A stretch of 64,000 nt of DNA from an uncultured Syntrophaceae bacterium (GCA_964390545.1 CAYMJV010000004.1:8476-72475); one strand, 5' to 3'; positions 46,042 to 56,560 are shown, counted from the first letter of the stretch. Numbers and translations are program-made. The notes: generated by a model not told the origin, from the letters alone.

Positions 46042-47712
46042 CTATCTCTGCAAAACAATCTCCCGTGGAACATACCATTTGATCAGGTCATACATCAAGC
46101 CAGCCTTTTCCATTTTTATTTCCTGAAGGGTTCCTTTACCAGACCCATCTCTTTCAGCCAAGGAAAATTTTCTTTGGAGGGTGGAGATGCCAAGGGGCAC
46201 ATAGAGAAAGGTGTAGGGCTGGTCCTCTGCCATCAATTCATGGATCCGCCAGTAGATTTGTTTCCTCCGGTCGATGTGGTATTCCTTTCTTCCTTCCTCC
46301 CAGAGCCGATCGATCTCCGGATTGCGGTAAGAGATAAAGTTGAACCCTTTCTCAATCTGGCTGGAATGCCAGATCTCATAGGCATCCGGATCCACCGAAA
46401 GGCTCCAGCCCAGGATGCAGGCATCAAAATGTTTCACATTGATAAAGTTGCTGAGAAAAACACTCCATTCATAGAGTTCGAAGGTCACATCGATCCCGAG
46501 TTCGCGGAGTTGCCTTTGGACTAGGACCCCGACATCCCTCCGTGTCTCATTCCCGCTGTTCGTAATGAGCGTAAAACGAAAGGGCTTCCCTTCGCGGTCC
46601 AGAATCCCATCCCCATTCGTATCTTTCCATCCAGCCTCAGCCAGAAGCTGCCGGGCTTTTTGAGGATCGTAGGGAAGAGGTTTCACATTCGGGTTCGAAT
46701 ACCAGAGGTGGTTGGGAAAGGGTCCGCTTGCAACGGCTCCCAAACCATAGAGGACGTACTGAACGATCTCCTCACGGTTGATTGCATGAGTGAGGGCCTG
46801 TCGGACTTTCTTGTCCTGGAAGACGGCGTGCTTTTGATTGTATCCGATATAGGTATATCCAAGGCTCGGCTGGGAGTAGGCTTTCAGGAACGGGATCTGG
46901 CTTATTCGACGATACTGATGGGGATAGATGCCCGAATAGTCGATTCCCTGGGTCAGGATTTCCATTTCGCTAAGAGAGGTCTCGGGTATGATGCGATAGA
47001 TGATCCGATCTAAAAGAGGTCTTCCCTCGAAGTATTGAGCATTGGCTTCAACGACAATCTTTTCGTCCGTAACCCACTCTACAAATCGGAATGCTCCGGT
47101 TCCGATGGGCCTTCGGTTGAAGGCCGTGGTATTGATGTCCTGCTTCTCCAACAGGTGCTTTGGGATGATTCCAATGCCCCAGCTCTCCAGGCCCGGAGAG
47201 AAGGGCTGCCGGTAGGTCACCCGGAAGGCATGAGGATCGAGCACCTCAGCTTTCTTCACCAGATCATAACTGCTTCGGCGAACGGTATTGGTCTTCTCGT
47301 CCATGATCTTGTCATAAGTAAACTTCACATCATGAGCCGTGAATTCTTTTCCGTCATGCCAGCGGACTCCCTTTCGCAGGAAGAAGGTGATCTCAGGTTC
47401 CGGTCCTTCCTTGACTTTCCAGGACTCTGCGAGCTCGCCCACCAAGTTCTGGAGGTTCCGGTCATATTTGATCAGACCGTTGAAGACGAAACCATTGATC
47501 TCGCTCGAGGCCGAATCCTGGGCCAGGATAGGATTGAGATAGGACGCATCCCCAATCGAACTGATAACCAACTGATTCACCTTCGGGGGAGGCCGGGAGC
47601 CGACAAAGACGATGTTGATTCCCAAGAGAATGAGAAAAAGAATTGGGGAGATGAATAGGAACGTCTTGACCTTCAAGAAAATGATCCTTTTGACAGTGAG
47701 ATTCTGAACCAA
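46042..47712 (-). CDS. ABC transporter substrate-binding protein, peptide/nickel (family 5), second importer
   Basis: 556-aa family-5 SBP-like protein with an N-terminal TM/signal. TTG start as tracked; the exact start is uncertain. Confidence 0.85.
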   Translation of the reverse strand: MVQNLTVKRIIFLKVKTFLFISPILFLILLGINIVFVGSRPPPKVNQLVISSIGDASYLNPILAQDSASSEINGFVFNGLIKYDRNLQNLVGELAESWKVKEGPEPEITFFLRKGVRWHDGKEFTAHDVKFTYDKIMDEKTNTVRRSSYDLVKKAEVLDPHAFRVTYRQPFSPGLESWGIGIIPKHLLEKQDINTTAFNRRPIGTGAFRFVEWVTDEKIVVEANAQYFEGRPLLDRIIYRIIPETSLSEMEILTQGIDYSGIYPHQYRRISQIPFLKAYSQPSLGYTYIGYNQKHAVFQDKKVRQALTHAINREEIVQYVLYGLGAVASGPFPNHLWYSNPNVKPLPYDPQKARQLLAEAGWKDTNGDGILDREGKPFRFTLITNSGNETRRDVGVLVQRQLRELGIDVTFELYEWSVFLSNFINVKHFDACILGWSLSVDPDAYEIWHSSQIEKGFNFISYRNPEIDRLWEEGRKEYHIDRRKQIYWRIHELMAEDQPYTFLYVPLGISTLQRKFSLAERDGSGKGTLQEIKMEKAGLMYDLIKWYVPREIVLQR

Positions 47713-47770
47713 GTTCAGGATGACAATAACAGTTTTATTTTTCTGTCATCCCGAATTTATTTCGGGATCT
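47704..47770. repeat. cluster of short hairpins of the TCAGGATGAC / GTCATCC type
   Basis: CTGAAC-CAA-GTTCAG, GGATGACA...TGTCATCC, and CCCGAA-TTTATT-TCGGG. Confidence 0.65.
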
Positions 47771-47920
47771 TGATTTTGGGTCAGCCTATTTTATTCGAAT
47801 GACTTCTTTTATCCCCATTATACACATTTTCGATCGCAGAAGCATCAGAGTATCCAACAACTATCTTTTTTATTTCTAAATCCGCAATCCGCATTCTGCA
47901 CTCCACATTCCGCATTGTTT

Positions 47921-48619
47921 CTATCGGCTTGTCACCAGAACCTTAAACCCCATCTGGGAGAGTTTTTCTGCAGTGCCTAAGGCTTCTTCTCTCGTTTCGA
48001 ACTGTCCGACCCTGACCCGATGATATTTCTGGGTAAGGGTCTCCATCGTGGTGACATGGACATTGTCAAAACTTTTTCGCAACTGCTCTGCCAGTCTCTG
48101 GGCATTGCCCTCGTCAGCGAAGGAACCTACTTGAAGTGTAAATCGTTCAACCTGTTCAACGACCGGGCCGATGGCTTCCACCTTGACATAGGCGGTTCCC
48201 TTTTCATACATCCCAATGATCTGTGCAGCGGCATAAGAAAGGTCGATGATCCGATCTTTAACAAAAGGGCCCCGGTCGTTCACTTTCAACTCAACCGATT
48301 TACCGTTCTCTATATGGGTGACCATCACCATGGTGCCTAGAGGAAAAGTATTGTGGGCACAAGTGAGTTGGTACATATCATAGACCTCACCGCTTGAAGT
48401 CGGTTTCCCATGGAAATCTTTCCCATACCAAGACGCAATCCCATATTGAACGGCTTGAGCCGCCTCTTTCTTGACCATTTTCTGCTCCGAAGGAGGTATC
48501 CGCCTTTCCACAGAGACGAGGCGTTTGGACGCGCAGGCAAGTAAGATTGAGAGAGAGAAGATGAATAGAACAGTGAAACATGTAAAATTTTGAATCGAAA
48601 ACTTAAAGTTCTTTTCCAT
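47921..48619 (-). CDS. rlpA: septal-ring lytic transglycosylase RlpA (DPBB + SPOR)
   Basis: ASWYG..FHG..TSSGE...NDRGPF (DPBB) and a C-terminal SPOR-like region (LQVGSFADEGNAQRL). Confidence 0.85.
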   Translation of the reverse strand: MEKNFKFSIQNFTCFTVLFIFSLSILLACASKRLVSVERRIPPSEQKMVKKEAAQAVQYGIASWYGKDFHGKPTSSGEVYDMYQLTCAHNTFPLGTMVMVTHIENGKSVELKVNDRGPFVKDRIIDLSYAAAQIIGMYEKGTAYVKVEAIGPVVEQVERFTLQVGSFADEGNAQRLAEQLRKSFDNVHVTTMETLTQKYHRVRVGQFETREEALGTAEKLSQMGFKVLVTSR

Positions 48620-48622
48620 TCA

Positions 48623-49771
48623 TCATCCCCCTACATCCCCCTTTATAAAAGGGGGAATGAGATATCCTCCCCTCCCTTTACTAAAGGGAGGCCGGGAGAG
48701 ATTATAGCGGGTACCGCCAAAATAATACAGATCCCTTCTACGGATGGAAACCCTTCCTCGCTGGTTTTGGAGGACAAGCATCCCCCTCGGGATATCTTCG
48801 CGAATTTGGATAGTAATCTCTTCCAGTTGAAATTGCTCTCTTAACTTAAGAATATTTCCATTTCGCTGGCCCCTCAGGTTCGAAACCTCTTTAGGATGGC
48901 AGAGGAAAAGGACATGGGATCCTCCTGAATTGTTGTGGAGAAGATGGTTGGCCATGTCAAAAGCGATTTCCGAATCGACAAGCTGATGAAGAGCAGGGTG
49001 ATAGGGTCCTACGAGGAAATGCTCTTCCAAACCCTGAGTGGGCTGCAGACCAATTCGCGCCACCCGAATCCCGGATCTTTCCAATGTAAGCAATCCCTTT
49101 TTAAGCCAGCGAATCGTCTCTTCTAAAGAGAGAGGGACATATCCTCCGGCCTCCCATAGGATTTGAAGGGGAGCCCCTCTGAGAACCAGGGTGGGGTGAA
49201 TTCTCAAGAAATTGGGTTTGAGGTCGATGACCCGATCGATGGTTTCAAGAAAAAGTTCGTAAGTATCTCCAGGAAGTCCGATCATCAACTGTAATCCAAC
49301 CTCGAAGCCACATTGTTTTAATCGTGACGTGGCAGAAAGGATATCCGCTACAGAGTGGCCTCTCCGGGAAAGAGAGAGAACTTCATCGATCATCGATTGG
49401 GCTCCAATCTCAACTGTTTTCACGCCATATTCTTTGAGCAGGGAGAGTGCCCCTTCATCCAGAGCATCGGGGCGTGTCGAGATGCGAACGGAGTCGATCA
49501 AGCCCGAGGTGAGAAACGGCCGAACCGCTTCCAGATAACGAATCTGGCCTTTCTTACCGATCGCCGTAAAACTTCCACCATAGAAAGCAATCTGTTTCTC
49601 TCTCGCCCCATTGGAGGGTAGTCCTTTCGTGGAATCCTCTATAAGCTTTTGAACGAAAAGAGGGGAAGGAACTTCTTCGGCTGTCACCCTTTGGTTGCAG
49701 AAGAGGCAGCGCTGACGGCAACCCAGATTGGGCAAAAAAATGGGAATAATGATTGGGGTCACATTTTTCAT
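48623..49771 (-). CDS. radical SAM protein (ELP3/HemN-like family)
   Basis: CRQRCLFC (CX3CX2C) near the N-terminus. The last ~25 codons are read from a palindromic repeat. Confidence 0.75.
   Translation of the reverse strand: MKNVTPIIIPIFLPNLGCRQRCLFCNQRVTAEEVPSPLFVQKLIEDSTKGLPSNGAREKQIAFYGGSFTAIGKKGQIRYLEAVRPFLTSGLIDSVRISTRPDALDEGALSLLKEYGVKTVEIGAQSMIDEVLSLSRRGHSVADILSATSRLKQCGFEVGLQLMIGLPGDTYELFLETIDRVIDLKPNFLRIHPTLVLRGAPLQILWEAGGYVPLSLEETIRWLKKGLLTLERSGIRVARIGLQPTQGLEEHFLVGPYHPALHQLVDSEIAFDMANHLLHNNSGGSHVLFLCHPKEVSNLRGQRNGNILKLREQFQLEEITIQIREDIPRGMLVLQNQRGRVSIRRRDLYYFGGTRYNLSRPPFSKGRGGYLIPPFIKGDVGG
48626..48700. repeat. two tandem CCCCCTTT-loop-AAAGGGGG type hairpins
   Basis: CCCCCTTT-ATA-AAAGGGGG (48637-48655) and CTCCCTTT-ACT-AAAGGGAG (48672-48690). 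Confidence 0.8.
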
Positions 49772-49790
49772 GAGACGTTAGTATAATAGA

Positions 49791-49996
49791 AGCACCCTAA
49801 AATCCCAATAACCAAATCCCAAGCTCCAAATAAATTCCAATCACCTAATCAAAATGACCAATGATGGATTTCAAATCCCTCCAACCCCCTTTTCTAAAGG
49901 GGGGGCGAGGGGGGATTATTGATTTTCAGGCTTCGAGGGTGGCCATGCGGCCATGATTAATTTATTTGTTATCTGGTGCTTGGGATTTGGTGCTTA
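49791..49996. repeat. composite element: CCAAAT-type arms with a CCCCCTTT/AAAGGGGG hairpin nested in the loop
   Basis: The left arm is 49791-49862 and the right arm is 49958-49996 (TTTATTTGTTATCTGGTGCTTGGGATTTGGTGCTT). The inner hairpin CCCCCTTT-TCT-AAAGGGGG lies at 49885-49903 and is followed by GGCGAGGGGGGATT. Confidence 0.8.
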
Positions 49997-50690
49997 TTTC
50001 TTCCAGGGCTTTTTTTGCTGCTTCCTGTTCAGCTTCCTTTTTACTCTTTCCCCATCCGATCCCCTTCACCTCTCCTCCAACGGAGACGGAGGCCTGGAAT
50101 CGTTTATCGTGGTCCGGCCCCTCCTCCTGCAAGACCTGATATTTGGGAGACCGTCCTTGGGTTCGTTGAGCCTGTTCTTGAAGGAGGCTTTTGTAATCAT
50201 TAAAAAGAAGGGGTGGGATTTCAGCTTGAAGATAGGGTCCGAGGTGATGCTGGAGCACCTCCAAGGTTCGATCAAATCCTGAATCCGTATAGATCGCTCC
50301 AATCAGAGCTTCATAGGTGTTCGCTAAGATGGAAGATTTCTTCCTTCCACCATCGATGAGTTCGCTTTTTCCAAGAAGGAGATGATCTTCCAATCGAATT
50401 TCTTTGGAGAGATGTGCGAGCGAACTCCGCTTCACGAGGTGGGCTCTCCGCATGGAGAGAATCCCTTCATGGGCTTCGGGAAAGGTTTTAAGGAGAAGGT
50501 GGCTTACAACGAGGTTGAGGACGGCATCCCCCAGAAATTCTAAGACCTCATTCGATTCTTTTACCGGCGTGTTGGTCTGATGAATAAATGACTTATGAGT
50601 CAGCGCCTGGTCCAACCATTCGATCTGATCGAATTGATAACCCAGACGGGCCTCCAATTCTTTTAAAGAAGTGAACCTCTCTTCATCCAT
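49962..50690 (-). CDS. rnc: ribonuclease III
   Basis: NEVLEFLGDAVLNL signature plus a C-terminal dsRBD. The last codons and the stop lie in the repeat arm. Confidence 0.9.
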   Translation of the reverse strand: MDEERFTSLKELEARLGYQFDQIEWLDQALTHKSFIHQTNTPVKESNEVLEFLGDAVLNLVVSHLLLKTFPEAHEGILSMRRAHLVKRSSLAHLSKEIRLEDHLLLGKSELIDGGRKKSSILANTYEALIGAIYTDSGFDRTLEVLQHHLGPYLQAEIPPLLFNDYKSLLQEQAQRTQGRSPKYQVLQEEGPDHDKRFQASVSVGGEVKGIGWGKSKKEAEQEAAKKALEEISTKSQAPDNK

Positions 50691-52029
50691 TTGACCTCTC
50701 CATGACCTGCCCCACCAGACCGGTTTCGGTGCAGTTCGTCACCTTCACCGTCCATTCCTGATTGATCCAATCCAAATTCCCTCCTGCGACTCCTTCAGGG
50801 GCGAGCAGCACAGGGATATAGTTTTGTGAAAATCCTTTCCACCTTCCAGTCCCTTTTTCTCTTCGCCCTTCCACCAGCACGTTCAACTCTTGATGGAGAA
50901 ACCTGGAATAGAAAGCCCGGCGTTTCTGTTTTCCCAATTCCCTCATCGCTTCTGCCCTCCGGGTAATGTTCGTCTGATCCACAACCTGAGAATATTGAAA
51001 GGCAGGGGTTCCTTTTCTCTTTGAAAAGGGAAAGACATGGAGATAGGAGAAAGGAAGCGATTCGATCAATTCATAGGTCCCTTTGAATTTCTCTTCGGTC
51101 TCACCGGGAAATCCTACGATCACGTCGGCCCCAATGGAAAGCCCTGGAATGGCCTGATGGAGTTCTTGTATGAGATCAAAGAGAAAAGATCGACTGTAAT
51201 TTCTGTTCATCCTTTTCAAAATCTCATCCTCTCCGCTCTGGATGGGGATGTGGAGATGGGGACAGACCTTCTTCGAGGTTGGCAGGAAGTGGGTCAACTC
51301 TTCTGAAAAATCCATCGGCTCGATTGAGCTGAGTCGAATTCGATGGGGGGTCTCCTTTTCCTCAAGTTGTCTCAGGAGTTTTCCCAAGGGGAAGGGAGGG
51401 GAAAAATCCAGCCCGTAAGAACCGAGGTGGATGCCTGTAAGTACCACTTCATGGTAGCCCCTTTCTCTTAAGGCCCTCATATGCTCCATGACTCTCTCCG
51501 GGGGAAGGCTTCTCGATCGCCCTCTGGCATAAGGAACGATGCAATAAGAACATCTGGCATCGCAGCCATCCTGGATCTTGAGAAAAGCCCGGGTGTGATG
51601 ATGGAAGGTATGGAGCGGGACGTCTGAGAAAGAGGACTCCTTCTGGATATCACTGACTTGAATGGGAGGAAGGTCCCCTTTCTCCATCAGGGGAAGAAGG
51701 TCAGGAATTCTGTATTTCTCCGCGTTTCCCAGAATGTATTTTGTTTCTTCAATTTTGGCAATGGCCTCTGGATCGACCTGGGGATAGCATCCGGTTACGA
51801 CAATCAGGGACTCCGGATTGAAACGGAAAGCCCTTCTCACCATCTGTCTCGACTGAAAGTCTGCCCGCTGGGTAACCGTGCAGGTATTGATGATCGTGAT
51901 CTCGGCCCCTTCTTCAAAGGAGACGAGATGATACCCCTGTTGTTCCAAGGAAGCCATGAGGGCCTCCGATTCGAACTGGTTTACCTTACAACCAAGGGTA
52001 GCAATAGAAACAGTCGACATATGTCTCAT
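50683..52029 (-). CDS. mtaB: MiaB-like tRNA methylthiotransferase (MtaB-type)
   Basis: ATLGCKVNQFESE N-terminal domain, a radical SAM CDARCSYC motif, and a TRAM-like C-terminus. It overlaps rnc by 8 nt. Confidence 0.85.
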   Translation of the reverse strand: MRHMSTVSIATLGCKVNQFESEALMASLEQQGYHLVSFEEGAEITIINTCTVTQRADFQSRQMVRRAFRFNPESLIVVTGCYPQVDPEAIAKIEETKYILGNAEKYRIPDLLPLMEKGDLPPIQVSDIQKESSFSDVPLHTFHHHTRAFLKIQDGCDARCSYCIVPYARGRSRSLPPERVMEHMRALRERGYHEVVLTGIHLGSYGLDFSPPFPLGKLLRQLEEKETPHRIRLSSIEPMDFSEELTHFLPTSKKVCPHLHIPIQSGEDEILKRMNRNYSRSFLFDLIQELHQAIPGLSIGADVIVGFPGETEEKFKGTYELIESLPFSYLHVFPFSKRKGTPAFQYSQVVDQTNITRRAEAMRELGKQKRRAFYSRFLHQELNVLVEGRREKGTGRWKGFSQNYIPVLLAPEGVAGGNLDWINQEWTVKVTNCTETGLVGQVMERSNG

Positions 52030-52082
52030 TATCGGCCCTACAAAGACTTAAATAGAGTTTATAGTTCAATCAACCTGACGGA

Positions 52083-52275
52083 ACAAATTCCAAATTACAA
52101 ATCCCAAATCACAAACAAATTTCAAGCACCAATTCCCAATGACCAAAACATTTTTACTTAGAATTTCAAAATCTTTCTATTCCCAGAACAAGGTTTTCCA
52201 GATGAATTACGATAAAGTTTTGAATTTTGGTAATTAGAATTTATTTGTGATTTGGTGCTTGTCATTTGGTGCTTT
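52083..52275. repeat. periodic-arm palindromic element (CCAAAT family)
   Basis: ACAAATTCCAAATTACAAATCCCAAATCACAAAC... / ...GAATTTATTTGTGATTTGGTGCTTGTCATTTGGTGCTT. Confidence 0.8.
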
Positions 52276-52326
52276 TGCCAAATGCCGAAAAGTATGACAA
52301 ATCGGTAACTTGACAACCATCCAATA

Positions 52327-53058
52327 TCAGGGCGGCTCGAGCCGAATTAGTTTAATATTTCCCCGGACACCCATCTTTTCTCCGACAATGATGAGTGTTC
52401 CCAGGACTCCCTCAATCTCTCTTCCCCTTTCGAGCCCAAGTTCGATATCCTTCTTCTCCTGGACGATGTTTCCCACCGCCGTCGCTGCGGCATCGGCCAG
52501 GGCAGCCGATTTGGAGAGGATGCAGACAGCATCCGCCTTACCAAAACTCAAAGAAGGCCCCACCGTTCCAGAAGAAGTGCAGACGCCTAGGGGGGATTCC
52601 TCAGGCCCTATCACAATCCCTATTTTCAGGCTGAGAGGCGATTGGCCTGCATAAATTCCAATGGTACGCTCTCGGGCAGTGGCGAGATAGATATCCCCGC
52701 CATTCTCTGTGATGACCTCTTTTGAAAGTGTGAGCAAATCCTTTGAGACCCATTCGGCTATGGCCCCAGCCACGGCAGCCATCGGGCCCACCCGAGCCAA
52801 TTGAGAAACTCGGATCATTTCACGAACGAGTTCTGGCGCATGGAGGTCTTCTGCCAAAGGAATGAGGCTTCTTTGGAATGATGGGTTCATTGTGATATAA
52901 GTTTCAAGTTGGTGCCGGTATTTCAGGACCGATTCTCGAGTTTCGTCAGAAAGATTGCTCTCAGCCCGGACAAGGAGGTCCGTTTCCTTAACGATGACCT
53001 CAAACTTAACGAGATCGTCGGTTCTTACTAAGTTCCGGTAAGTCCGTTGTTCATACAT
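52327..53058 (-). CDS. UPF0280 family (ApbE-like) protein
   Basis: 243-aa ORF with GPMAAVAGAIAE and SSGTVGPSLSFGKADA motifs. Confidence 0.65.
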   Translation of the reverse strand: MYEQRTYRNLVRTDDLVKFEVIVKETDLLVRAESNLSDETRESVLKYRHQLETYITMNPSFQRSLIPLAEDLHAPELVREMIRVSQLARVGPMAAVAGAIAEWVSKDLLTLSKEVITENGGDIYLATARERTIGIYAGQSPLSLKIGIVIGPEESPLGVCTSSGTVGPSLSFGKADAVCILSKSAALADAAATAVGNIVQEKKDIELGLERGREIEGVLGTLIIVGEKMGVRGNIKLIRLEPP

Positions 53059-53111
53059 TCTAGTTTTTTAAAAACCCTTCGGTGGCCGGATGGGATGCTT
53101 TTTGAAAACTC

Positions 53112-53141
53112 ATTATAATACTCGAATTTATTTTGTGTCAA
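53112..53141 (-). promoter_or_regulatory. sigma-70-like promoter TTGACA-18-TATAAT for the UPF0280 gene
   Basis: The minus strand reads TTGACACAAAATAAATTCGAGTATTATAAT. Confidence 0.5.
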
Positions 53142-53250
53142 AGAATTAACTTTTTTAACGATAAGGGTGATTTGCTAAGATAATTTTATGAGGTTGAAAG
53201 CGGAACAGAAACCTACTATCGAAAATGGGGTTATCGGGGATAGAAATAAG

Positions 53251-53282
53251 AAAAGGGGTGCTGCTTTTCTGAGCAGCACCCC
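53251..53282 (-). terminator. intrinsic terminator after asd
   Basis: 10-bp stem GGGGTGCTGC / GCAGCACCCC, followed on the minus strand by TTTTCTT. It lies 20 nt after the asd stop. Confidence 0.65.
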
Positions 53283-53301
53283 TGAATCACGGAGGCCATC
53301 C

Positions 53302-54324
53302 TTATAGATATTCCTGAATCAGGATTTCAGCAATCTGGACCGCATTAAGGGCCGCACCCTTCCGGATATTGTCCGATACGACCCACATATTGATTCCATT
53401 GGGGATGGATTCATCTTCACGAATTCTTCCAACGAAGGTCTCATCCTTTCCTGCCGCATAAATGGCCAGTGGATATTCGAACTTCTTCGGATTATCGACC
53501 ACGATCACCCCCGGAGCCTTGGACAGAATTTTTCTCACATCCTCTGCTGTCAACTTTTTCTCGGTTTCGATATTGACCGCTTCCGAATGGCCAAAGAAGA
53601 CCGGGACTCTGACGGTGGTGGCTGTCACACCGATTGAATTGTCCTCCATAATCTTCTTCGTTTCGTTCACCATTTTCATTTCTTCTTTGGTGTAACCATT
53701 GTCGAGGAAGACATCGATGTGGGGAAGACAGTTAAAAGCGATCTGATGGGGATACACCGATTTTTCGATCTCTTTATTGCCGTAGATGGCGAGAACCTGA
53801 GACTCTAATTCTTTGATGGCTCTTTTCCCGGTTCCCGAAACTGCCTGATAGGTGGAGACCACAACCCTTTTGATTCGAGCAACATCATGGATGGGTTTCA
53901 GAGCTACTACCATCTGGATGGTCGAACAGTTAGGGTTTGCAATGATATTCTTTTTCGGATACTGCGCAATGGCGTGGGCGTTCACTTCCGGGACGACCAA
54001 AGGAACTTGTGGGTCCATTCGGAAGGCACTGGTGTTGTCGATGACCACGCAGCCCGCTTTCCCTGCGATGGGTGCGAATTTTTCACTGACCGAGCCTCCT
54101 GCAGAGAAGAGACCGATATCGATCCCCGCAAAAGAGTTCTCGTTCAATACCTCCACGGTATATTGCTTTCCCTTAAACTCCATCTCGGTCCCTGCCCCTC
54201 GGGTGGAAGCAAGAAGTTTTAGATTCGCCACCGGAAAGTTCCTCTCTTGTAAGATGGAGACCATCTCATTTCCCACTGCACCGGTGGCTCCCACCACAGC
54301 CACATTGTATTTTTCTTTTTTCAT
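53302..54324 (-). CDS. asd: aspartate-semialdehyde dehydrogenase
   Basis: VAVVGATGAVG, NCST and later conserved blocks. The ATG at 54324 has a GGAGGA SD, whereas the tracked ORF starts at TTG 54336. Confidence 0.9.
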   Translation of the reverse strand: MKKEKYNVAVVGATGAVGNEMVSILQERNFPVANLKLLASTRGAGTEMEFKGKQYTVEVLNENSFAGIDIGLFSAGGSVSEKFAPIAGKAGCVVIDNTSAFRMDPQVPLVVPEVNAHAIAQYPKKNIIANPNCSTIQMVVALKPIHDVARIKRVVVSTYQAVSGTGKRAIKELESQVLAIYGNKEIEKSVYPHQIAFNCLPHIDVFLDNGYTKEEMKMVNETKKIMEDNSIGVTATTVRVPVFFGHSEAVNIETEKKLTAEDVRKILSKAPGVIVVDNPKKFEYPLAIYAAGKDETFVGRIREDESIPNGINMWVVSDNIRKGAALNAVQIAEILIQEYL

Positions 54325-54517
54325 GGGCTCCTCCAACCCTTATATAGAAACAGGGATGTCCGTCTGAACATCCCCGTCCCTGGATACCTCCTCGTATCAG
54401 TTTAATAAATAGAAGAAAAAGGGGGTTGTTGTCAAGAGGGAAATGAAAGATCAATGCCAAATTTTAAATTACAAATGTCAAATTTCTGATCAGGTGTTCG
54501 GGGATGGTAGGTAAGGT

Positions 54518-55021
54518 TTATCTCTTCTTCTTAATTCTCTTTTTTCGGAGGTGTGCGATAAGTCCGCCATCCTTTAAAAGATCCCGCATAAAGGCGGGAA
54601 TGGGGTTTGCACGAAATTTTTTATTCCGCGTGAGGTCGAAGATCTCACCGGTGCTGAGGTTGACCTGAACCCGATCTCCATCCTTTATCCCCTCTGAAGC
54701 CTCAGGAGACTCCAAAAGCGGAAGGCCGAGGTTAAGGCTGTTTCGGTAGAAGATTCGGGCAAAAGTTCTAGCGATGATGCAAGAGACTCCGGCTGCCTTT
54801 AAGGCGAGGGGTGCATGCTCCCGGGAGGAGCCGCAACCAAAATTCTTGCCTGCCAGCAGAAGGTCACCTTTTTTTACTGCCCTAAGAAATTCCGGCCTCT
54901 CCTCTTCCATGACATGTTTGGCCAGCTCCTTCGGATCAGATTGATTAAGGTATCGCGCCGGGATGATCGCATCCGTATCAACATCCGATCCAAACTTCCA
55001 GATCCTTCCTTCGATCTTCAT
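54518..55021 (-). CDS. leuD: 3-isopropylmalate dehydratase small subunit
   Basis: 167-aa short LeuD-type sequence (GKNFGCGSSREHA). Confidence 0.9.
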   Translation of the reverse strand: MKIEGRIWKFGSDVDTDAIIPARYLNQSDPKELAKHVMEEERPEFLRAVKKGDLLLAGKNFGCGSSREHAPLALKAAGVSCIIARTFARIFYRNSLNLGLPLLESPEASEGIKDGDRVQVNLSTGEIFDLTRNKKFRANPIPAFMRDLLKDGGLIAHLRKKRIKKKR

Positions 55022-55037
55022 GAGTGCTTCCTAAAAG

Positions 55038-55166
55038 CAAGGGTTCGAGGGTCCAAGGGTTCCAGGGTTCTAGTATTCCTTTATCACAAAAGCGTTTTTC
55101 TTTCGCAGTAAAATTATGTCCATCATGATTCTGCTCGACCCCTTGAACCCTAGACTCCTAGGACCC
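55038..55166. repeat. periodic-arm palindrome (GGGTTCNAG variant)
   Basis: CAAGGGTTCGAGGGTCCAAGGGTTCCAGGGTTCTAG ... CGACCCCTTGAACCCTAGACTCCTAGGACCC. The right arm overlaps the leuC stop. Confidence 0.75.
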
Positions 55167-56445
55167 TTTTCTTCACTACTTCCTCAGGATGACAGATCCT
55201 TCCTTTGACAGCGCTGGCAGCGGCCACAGCGGGGCTGGACAAATAAACCTTGCTCTCAGCGTGGCCCATCCGTCCGCGAAAATTACGATTCGTGGTGGCC
55301 AAGGCTTTTTCCCCGCTGGCCAAAATGCCCATATGGCCTCCCAGACAGGGACCACAGGTGGGCGGGCTGATGACTGCGCCGGCAGAAAGGAATATCTTTA
55401 GAAGGCCCTCTTTCATGGCCTGACTGAAAATCTCCTGGGTCGCGGGGATGATGATGAGTCTGAGGGAGGAGGCGACCTTTTTCCCTTTCAATATCCTGGC
55501 TGCCACACGGAGGTCATCGAGATGGCCATTGGTGCAGGAGCCGATGACCACCTGATCGATCTCGATCTTTCCAATCTCTCTCACATCCTTGACATTAGAT
55601 GGGATATGGGGAAGGGCAACCTGAGGATGAATTTTTGAAACATCGTATTCCCGCATCTCCGAATAGGATGCCCCTGGATCGCTTCGGAAGATTCGATGGG
55701 GTCTTTTGGCACGTTGTTTAATAAAGTGGAGAGTGATCTTATCGGGCTCCATGATGCCATTCTTTGCGCCTGCCTCGATCGCCATATTGGCCATGGTAAA
55801 TCGGCTTGCCATGGGGAGGGAATGAATTGCCTCTCCGCAAAACTCCATGGCTTGATATAGGGCTCCGTCAACACCGATATCCCCGATCGTGAAAAGGATG
55901 AGGTCCTTTCCCGATACCCAAGGATTCAGTCTTCCATGATAGATGAGTTTGATGCTGGCTGGAACTTTAAGCCACAACTTTCCTGTGGCCATGGCTGCCG
56001 CGAGGTCTGTGCTGCCCACACCCGTCGCAAAGGCGCCCAGCGCTCCATAGGTGCAGGTATGGCTGTCGGCACCTATGACAACATCTCCCGGAAGGACAAG
56101 ACCCTTCTCCGGGAGCAGGGCATGTTCGATACCCGCCTCCCCGATTTCGAAGTAATGGGTGAGGTGCTGGGCCTTTGCAAACTCCCTGAGCATCTTGCAC
56201 TGCTCTGCAGAGAGTATGTCCTTAGCAGGAGTGAAGTGGTCCGGGACTAAAACGACCCGGTCACGGTTAAATACCTTTCCCACTCCGATCTCTTTGAAGG
56301 CCTTGATGGCAAGGGGAGCCGTAATGTCATTTCCGAGGGCCAGATCAATCCGGACATCCAGGAGTTCGCCAGGAACAATTTTCTTTTTTCCGGCATGGGT
56401 GGCCAGGATCTTCTCTGTAATCGTCATCGGACTCTTTTTCTTCAT
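55150..56445 (-). CDS. leuC: 3-isopropylmalate dehydratase large subunit
   Basis: Aconitase-family motifs (GADSHT, IGSCTNG, CGPCLG). Confidence 0.9.
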   Translation of the reverse strand: MKKKSPMTITEKILATHAGKKKIVPGELLDVRIDLALGNDITAPLAIKAFKEIGVGKVFNRDRVVLVPDHFTPAKDILSAEQCKMLREFAKAQHLTHYFEIGEAGIEHALLPEKGLVLPGDVVIGADSHTCTYGALGAFATGVGSTDLAAAMATGKLWLKVPASIKLIYHGRLNPWVSGKDLILFTIGDIGVDGALYQAMEFCGEAIHSLPMASRFTMANMAIEAGAKNGIMEPDKITLHFIKQRAKRPHRIFRSDPGASYSEMREYDVSKIHPQVALPHIPSNVKDVREIGKIEIDQVVIGSCTNGHLDDLRVAARILKGKKVASSLRLIIIPATQEIFSQAMKEGLLKIFLSAGAVISPPTCGPCLGGHMGILASGEKALATTNRNFRGRMGHAESKVYLSSPAVAAASAVKGRICHPEEVVKKRVLGV

Positions 56446-56468
56446 ATGCTACCTACACTACCCAAAAA

Positions 56469-56555
56469 GGTTAAGGCTGAGGTTAAGGTTAAGAAAGAAG
56501 TAAGATTTTGATCTTCATCTTAACCTTAACCTGAACCTCAACCTCAACCTCAACC
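56469..56555. repeat. periodic-arm palindrome (GGTTAAG / CTCAACC variant)
   Basis: GGTTAAGGCTGAGGTTAAGGTTAAG ... CTTAACCTTAACCTGAACCTCAACCTCAACCTCAACC. Confidence 0.75.
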
Positions 56556-56560
56556 TGTGA

